Shown piece by piece: positions 58,055-64,000 of a DNA stretch of 64,000 nucleotides. The translations under genes and the position numbers were made by a program. The stretch covers positions 46,458 to 110,457 of IMG/VR virus record IMGVR_UViG_3300033149_001257. The stretch is one strand, 5' to 3'. This DNA is from a virus. Positions within the stretch are counted from its first letter, which is position 1, and every line of letters begins with the position of its first letter. The notes beneath the pieces are model-generated. The model was not told the DNA's origin. It made no database searches and saw only the letters and a list, made by a program, of their open reading frames with translations.

Positions 58055-58681
58055 ATGAAAATAGTGAAAGAAGTTGATATGGATATTATAGCAAAGGGCT
58101 ACCTACGACACGAAATGGATTGTATTATTGTCCGTAGCGAAGTACCTAGATTTGCATATAATGACCACATGGATTATATGGGATTAACGAAATCCGGAAG
58201 CGTAATTGCCCTTGAGTGCAAAGTTAAACCCGACAGTAAATTAATAGAGCAGGTGGCAAGAAACAATGGTTTGTCAAATAGAAGTATCGGGCTTGTGCCA
58301 TGTAGTATGACAGAAAAATATAAAGAAAAAGCCGAGGCCGCAGGGGTCGATATTGTGGGTATCGGACAAAATGAATTTGATTATGCTTCGGGTGGCTCGG
58401 GTGGTATTTATAATTATCATGCGTTGTTTTATATTCTTGCACTGAAATATGCCAAATGGGAGAATTATACCACAGTAGGAGGCATACAGAATGGGAAAAG
58501 AATATCATATTATGAAATGTTTGACCAAACAATAGATGGGATATGTAAGGAAATAGGGTTTCTCCCCGAAAGCATATCAATGCTGTTATCTGCTATGTCA
58601 AGATATAGTAATCTGAATGCTATGAAAAAAATAAAATCAGTGTTATCTAAATACAAGATGTTAAAAAAGAAAGGGGAGTGA
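58055..58681 (+). CDS. PD-(D/E)xK nuclease-fold protein
   Basis: SEV...DYMG....IALECK....LIEQ. Confidence 0.65.
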   Translation: MKIVKEVDMDIIAKGYLRHEMDCIIVRSEVPRFAYNDHMDYMGLTKSGSVIALECKVKPDSKLIEQVARNNGLSNRSIGLVPCSMTEKYKEKAEAAGVDIVGIGQNEFDYASGGSGGIYNYHALFYILALKYAKWENYTTVGGIQNGKRISYYEMFDQTIDGICKEIGFLPESISMLLSAMSRYSNLNAMKKIKSVLSKYKMLKKKGE

Positions 58682-58844
58682 GATGAATGAACTAATAGTA
58701 TATATTAAGAATAAACTCAACTGTAGAAAGTTTGCTAAGTTCCTAAGATTAATAGATAGTCTTAGCCATGAAGAAGCGGTAGAGTATAGAGACGTTATGA
58801 CTTCATATATTGAAATGGAAGAAAAACAAAGGGAGGAGTGCTAA

Positions 58845-59618
58845 ATGGAAGATGGGAAAAAAACAACGTATGTGTTGGGGGTGGATTTTGAAACCACGGG
58901 TCTAATTGAAACCGAGGATGTGGTTACTGAGATTGGCGCGGTACTATGGGATTGGGAAGCCGAGATGCCAGTGTTGATAATGAGTGAACTTCTTAAACTA
59001 CCGGAGGGTAAAAAAATCAGTCCGGAAGTGGTTGAGCTTACCGGTATCACAGAGAAGTTGACTGCTGAATTCGGGAGTGACCCCACGGCCGCTTTTGAGA
59101 GGCTCAATAAGATGGGTGAAAAAGCTGACCATGTAATGGCCCATAATGCAGAGTTTGATAAAAAGTTTTACGATGCCTCAGTAGAAAAACTGGGAATAAA
59201 AGCCGTACTCTCTGGAAATATTTGGCTTGATAGTCTGGCAGATGTGGAATACCCAAAGAATATATCAACCAGAAAACTCACACACCTGGCATCTGAACAT
59301 GGCTTTCTGAATCCGTTTGCGCATAGAGCGGTCTTTGATGTGCTCACGATGTTTAATGTTGTAAAGAATTACGATATTAAAGATATTGTCACCTGCGCTT
59401 GCGAAGAAAAGTATGAATTAAAAGCAAGTGTATCATTTGACGATAAGCAGAAAGCAAAAGATAAGGGATTCCATTGGGTCCCCGTAGATAGGATATGGGT
59501 AAAGACTGTAGGCGAATCAAAAATAAAGGAAGAAGTCGCCGGTTGTGATTTTCAGGTTTATAGTAGGAAGAAGGGGAAAGAAAAGGATTGGAGATGGGAG
59601 AAAAACGATGAACGATAA
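58845..59618 (+). CDS. DEDDh 3'-5' exonuclease (DnaQ-like)
   Basis: DFETTG, EIG, LTGIT, AHNAEFD, AHRA.FD. Confidence 0.9.
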   Translation: MEDGKKTTYVLGVDFETTGLIETEDVVTEIGAVLWDWEAEMPVLIMSELLKLPEGKKISPEVVELTGITEKLTAEFGSDPTAAFERLNKMGEKADHVMAHNAEFDKKFYDASVEKLGIKAVLSGNIWLDSLADVEYPKNISTRKLTHLASEHGFLNPFAHRAVFDVLTMFNVVKNYDIKDIVTCACEEKYELKASVSFDDKQKAKDKGFHWVPVDRIWVKTVGESKIKEEVAGCDFQVYSRKKGKEKDWRWEKNDER

Positions 59619-60012
59619 AGAAAAGAAATGGATAATGGGTGGGAATACCGGTATATCCTCAAAAGTTATATTCAGTGTGATGACCGGAGCCCCCGTGGAA
59701 TTGGTGCTCCAGGGATGGACTCCGGATGTACCACATGACCCAAGCGACTTCGGCAGATGCTATAGGCTCCTGAAAGAATTCCCCGAATGGAGAAAGCGCC
59801 TTCGTGAGGTTTCAGATAAATACACGCCATGGACAGCATTCGTTATGAACTGGGGTAGGCTATCAGATATGTATGTAGAACTTTTTAATACCATCGGCGA
59901 AAACACGGGAACCGAGATGTACGATTTCATGCAGGACCTGGAAAGCGGTAAGTGGCTTAAAGATAATCCCGATAAATTGAGGGAGTGGGATAAAGCAAAT
60001 GATAATAAATAG
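59608..60012 (+). CDS. Hypothetical phage protein
   Basis: W...G.TG.SS......PHDPSDFGRC..LL..FPEW pattern. Confidence 0.6.
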   Translation: MNDKEKKWIMGGNTGISSKVIFSVMTGAPVELVLQGWTPDVPHDPSDFGRCYRLLKEFPEWRKRLREVSDKYTPWTAFVMNWGRLSDMYVELFNTIGENTGTEMYDFMQDLESGKWLKDNPDKLREWDKANDNK

Positions 60013-60567
60013 AGCATGGGCCATGCCCAATAAAAACACATTCAGTATAAAACCAATAAGAGATTTGATATTAAAATATACGCAGAAACCAGTGTTTTGG
60101 ATTGACCCATTCGCGGGGCACGGCGAGATGAAGAAACATTGTGTCAGCACAAACGATTTGAATGAGGATTGTGAAACAGATAATCATATGGAGGCATTGG
60201 AGTACCTGAAAACTTTTGAATCTGGTAGTGGGGGGGGGTGCTGTTTGACCCACCTTATTCAGCAAGGCAGATAAAAGAATGTTATGATTCAATAGGTAAG
60301 AAAGTTCACCAAGAAGATACTCAGAGTACTTTCTATACCAAAAAGAAGGAGGAAATATCAAGGATAGTTAAGCCGGGAGGTATTGTAATATCGTTTGGAT
60401 GGAACAGTATGGGTATGGGTAAAACGAGGGGTTTTGAAATTGTTGAAATATTACTGGTCCCGCATGGTGGAGTTCATTATGATACAATATGTGTTGTGGA
60501 TAAAAAAATAGAGGTAATGTCAATGGGGGATGGTGATATGGATATTCTAAAAGGAGTCGTGAAATGA
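59999..60567 (+). pseudogene. Adenine-specific DNA methyltransferase split by a frameshift in a G9 tract (possibly phase-variable)
   Basis: First part has IDPFAG (SAM binding); second part has VLFDPPYS and RIVKPGG; G run at 60230-60238 is the junction. Confidence 0.8.
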
Positions 60568-60733
60568 GAGAGATGATTGATGTGGTTATGATAATCCTGT
60601 GTTCGGCCGGTGCTGTACTTACTCCATTTCTTACAGCCATGAGATTATATTTTTATTCATGTATTTCAGCCGTTGTTATGGTTATATCATGTTTATACAT
60701 ATTGTCACAATATCCCATAGTGGGGTTCACTCA

Positions 60734-61219
60734 ATGAAGGTATATGAAGAAGATGTCAGGCAGAGCCTTATAGCATATCTGAAAAGCCAGGGCCATACAG
60801 AAATCGGTACAGAAATACTTCTTGAAGATGATTACCGGTTCGTTGATGTAGTATATGTAGATGAAAAGAGGAGGTTTATCTGCATTGAAGTTAAACTCAC
60901 AGACTGGCGTAAGGTCATAGAACAGGCCCAGCGTTGCATTAAGTATACTCCCTTGGCATATATTGCCATGCCTACCCCGGAAAGCCCTAAAATCAAAGAT
61001 ACAATATCAACCGCCACACATCGCGCCGGGCTGGGCCTGTACTGGTACAATCCTGATGGATCATGGACCCTACAATACAATCCCAAAGAAAACACAGGGG
61101 AACCCAAGAAGGACATTAAGTATTTCAATCAGCAATTAAAGCGCTCTTTCTATAGACACATGCAAATAACATTCATGTCCCTTGTAATAAACCACGGAAC
61201 GGAGGATATCCCAATATGA
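60734..61219 (+). CDS. PD-(D/E)xK nuclease-fold protein
   Basis: E..V...L......TEI...VDVV....ICIEVKL.DW..VIEQA....YIAMP. Confidence 0.7.
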   Translation: MKVYEEDVRQSLIAYLKSQGHTEIGTEILLEDDYRFVDVVYVDEKRRFICIEVKLTDWRKVIEQAQRCIKYTPLAYIAMPTPESPKIKDTISTATHRAGLGLYWYNPDGSWTLQYNPKENTGEPKKDIKYFNQQLKRSFYRHMQITFMSLVINHGTEDIPI

Positions 61220-61878
61220 AAATGAGAATATTAATAGCTTGTGAAGAAAGCCAGGCGGTATGTATAGAGTTTCGCAAGATGGGGCATGAGGCGTTTAGTT
61301 GTGATGTCCAGGATTGCAGTGGTGGGCACCCCGAATGGCATATAAAAGGTGATGTTCTTGATGTTATAGACAGACAGACAGGCAGATGGGGATTAATGAT
61401 TGCCTTCCCGCCATGTACTTATCTAACAGTCACGGGCAATAAATGGTTTAAGTCGGAGTTTAAGGATAGATTCCCAACAAGAGAGCAAGACAGAATAGAT
61501 GCTATAAACTTTTTCATGAAACTTGTCAATGCACCGATAAATAAAATATGCGTAGAAAATCCGGTTGGCATAATGAGTAGGGTATATAGAAAACCAGACC
61601 AGATAATACAGCCATACTATTTTGGTGATAAAGCACAAAAGACAACTTGCTTATGGCTTAAAAACTTACCCCTATTACAGCATTTATCGGAAGACGATTG
61701 GTTTGGTAAAAAAACTCATACAAAAAAGGGGGGAATGTATACATATAAGAATGGCAGAAAAGACCCCATGTGGCACGTGGAAACCATGAAACTGCCACCG
61801 CATGAAAGAACGAAAGCGAGAAGTAAGACATTTCCGGGGATAGCAAAAGCAATGGCCGAACAATGGAATAAAATATAG
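61216..61878 (+). CDS. DNA cytosine methyltransferase-like protein
   Basis: LIACEES, SCD, AFPPCT, VENPV, RSKTFPGIA.AMA.QW. Confidence 0.85.
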   Translation: MKMRILIACEESQAVCIEFRKMGHEAFSCDVQDCSGGHPEWHIKGDVLDVIDRQTGRWGLMIAFPPCTYLTVTGNKWFKSEFKDRFPTREQDRIDAINFFMKLVNAPINKICVENPVGIMSRVYRKPDQIIQPYYFGDKAQKTTCLWLKNLPLLQHLSEDDWFGKKTHTKKGGMYTYKNGRKDPMWHVETMKLPPHERTKARSKTFPGIAKAMAEQWNKI

Positions 61879-62376
61879 GAGAAAATATGAATCTGATATA
61901 CAGGATTATTAAATGGTATTACTGGACCCGGCACAGAAAGAGTTGCGCGTATTTCGGAGATTACGGCTGTATGCCATACCAATGCGGTGATGATTTCTGC
62001 CCAATGCTATGCAAGGCCTGTAAAAGAGCCACTCCAAAAAAGAAGAAACCGCGAAAATAAAACAGCAGCGCCTTTTCTAACTACCAATCAAATACTATTA
62101 TCTACTAATTCGGTATTAGTGTATACATAATGTCACTAAAAGTACATACCATTTGTGACACACATTCCGCTTTTTCCTCAACAATAATATAGCATTATCT
62201 CCATTTCATATCTCAGTAAACAACCCACCCCCACCACAGAATCAATTCCTTACTCAAAAAACCCCCTCACTCACGCATATTTCTCAACAAACAACCCGGG
62301 CCCCATACTCAGCAGTAGTACCCATAATGGGGACATCTGTTTCCCTACATAATCATATACAATTATATGTACTGGA

Positions 62377-62468
62377 TTATATCTTAAAGGGTATAATATC
62401 TCAACCATAAGACAAGATTATACCTTATGTGATATAATGGCAATCATTTTATATCCTTTGGGGTATAA
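62377..62468. repeat. Three phased 20-bp imperfect palindromes TTATA-N10-TATAA
   Basis: Copies start at 62377, 62418 and 62449. Confidence 0.6.
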
Positions 62469-63216
62469 TATAGGGCACATTCCCCAGAACCACCCTACAA
62501 ATAAGACCATATGCTATGCTTGCAGTACAAACCCAGTAGGTGCCAAAACGTCACCAACTGAAGCCAGCCACACACCGGCCCCATATAAGAATAAAGGCCA
62601 TTCCCATATACACGGCCCCTAAAATCCAAGGGGACCCCAGGTACAGCGCCACACATCCAATCTCAAAAAAGGGTACCCCCCCCATCATGGATATATACAA
62701 TTTGTACCCACCCTGCCACACATCCGGTTATCGGCAATTAAACGCCACATCCTCAAAATACGAAACCCTATCGTTCACCAATCCCCAATGTTCACCATTT
62801 AATGAACATTCCACACACATGAACACCTATCATGCCACGCGTGCAATCGGTTCATTCCATACCCAATATGTCAAGCCACAATGGACAATCCCGCTCCAGA
62901 ATAAACCGCCACACACTCGGCCAGCCTCACATCCAGGGAACCACATAGAAATGGACCTTCACCAACTTCTGCCACATATCGGCAAATGTCCACACACCCA
63001 AAAAAGAGCCACATCCTCGCAGGCCCCGGCTCTCCATCCAACCTCACACCACCCACTCAAAAATCAGGCAACCCCAGAACCAAAACCCTGACCAAAACAC
63101 GAAAGAGGTCTTACCCTACAGACCGCCCTTCCCCAGCAAATACCCACCACTCATTCGTGAAACCCCAACCCCAACCCAACTCCAAAACTACCACCCCAAA
63201 ACCAACCACCGAAACA

Positions 63217-63312
63217 TAACCGTAGGCTACGTGTGGGATACGTGAAGGCTACCGTAATGTCACCGTAGCTTACACGTAATCTACTCGTAGACCAACCGTA
63301 ACCATACCGTAC
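63217..63312. repeat. Second 11-bp-period iteron-like array
   Basis: TAC/AAC/CAC units every 10-12 bp; TACGTGAAGGCTACCGT is identical to 43488-43504. Confidence 0.7.
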
Positions 63313-64000
63313 CCCTCCACCAAGTCCTCTATCAAGTCCAAAACCTAGTCCATTTTTTTATATTGAGGTCCTGCTGTTGACGTTAGCATTTTTTGTGCCA
63401 TGATGTAAAGTCCACCCCTGCTTAATATGTATATTCTATATAGCATTTACGTTGATGGTTTACTGTTGCGAAAATATACATATTAGCAAGAGGTAATAAA
63501 GGCGGTCTGTATGGAACAGGTCTGGGCGTGATTTTTATAACAGGATTTTTATTTTTTAATAAAATTATGAGATTGTAAACTCAATTTTATAATTCAATAT
63601 TTTTGTTTTTATGGTATAAAGTCAATTATTTATATTGGATTGTCTGTATTAGTTACTGGATTATAATTATTTGGAGTTATAATTGTTTGGATTTTCCTTT
63701 ATTGGTTGCCGGATATTGACTGGATTATGGTTTAATTCGGTGATTTTACTATTAGAATGTCAATAATCCCTACTTGTTTTGTTTGTTCTGTTCTGTTATG
63801 TATAGTATGATTATAAGTTACTTACTCCTTACAGTTTTTATTATTGGATGATGGGCGATCCTCTTCCTCTTTTTGGTTGGTTGGGGTGGGCTTGCCTGTT
63901 CAGTATAATAATCTATATCATGTATTGGTTGCATGGTTCAGGGCTTTATTGTATGCTTGCCTTTAATATTCAGGGCTTGCGAGCTTGCCGGATTGTTTCC

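Noticed and set aside
60757-60771. TCAGGCAGAGCCTTA resembling the scaffold core
   Set aside because: Inside a coding region, with no flanking stems or GTGTCAA end.
62437-63219. Plus-strand ORFs of 61-183 aa
   Set aside because: P/H/T-rich products of C-rich sequence, with no RBS and a composition unlike the real genes.

Overview
This window is most of a tailed dsDNA phage genome, probably a siphovirus, with two divergent arms driven by back-to-back sigma70-type promoters at about 37.3-37.45 kb. The minus arm (1-37.3 kb) is the late/virion module. It holds the terminase, a portal fused to a ChaB domain, head protease/scaffold, decoration protein, major capsid, tail genes with a -1 frameshifted tail chaperone, an intein-containing tape measure, tail tip/fibre proteins, lysis genes and three glycosyltransferases. 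The plus arm (37.6-62 kb) is the early/accessory module. It holds a replication initiator, an iteron origin, DnaB, four DNA methyltransferases (one split at a G9 tract), nucleotide-metabolism enzymes, an M42 peptidase, a Cdc123-like ATP-grasp protein, a pilin-like protein and many small ORFs. The most striking observation involves an intact IS200/IS605 tnpA-tnpB pair inside the head module. It is accompanied by two stand-alone copies of a TnpB omegaRNA scaffold that bracket the protease-decoration-capsid genes. Both copies have lost the transposase-binding hairpin loop but keep covarying RNA stems. One supplies the Shine-Dalgarno and the A of the ATG of the head protease gene. A degenerate copy lies antisense in the early-operon leader. 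This suggests the phage has domesticated TnpB/omegaRNA as a multi-guide or RNA-regulatory system. All calls come from reading the sequence by eye, with no database searches.
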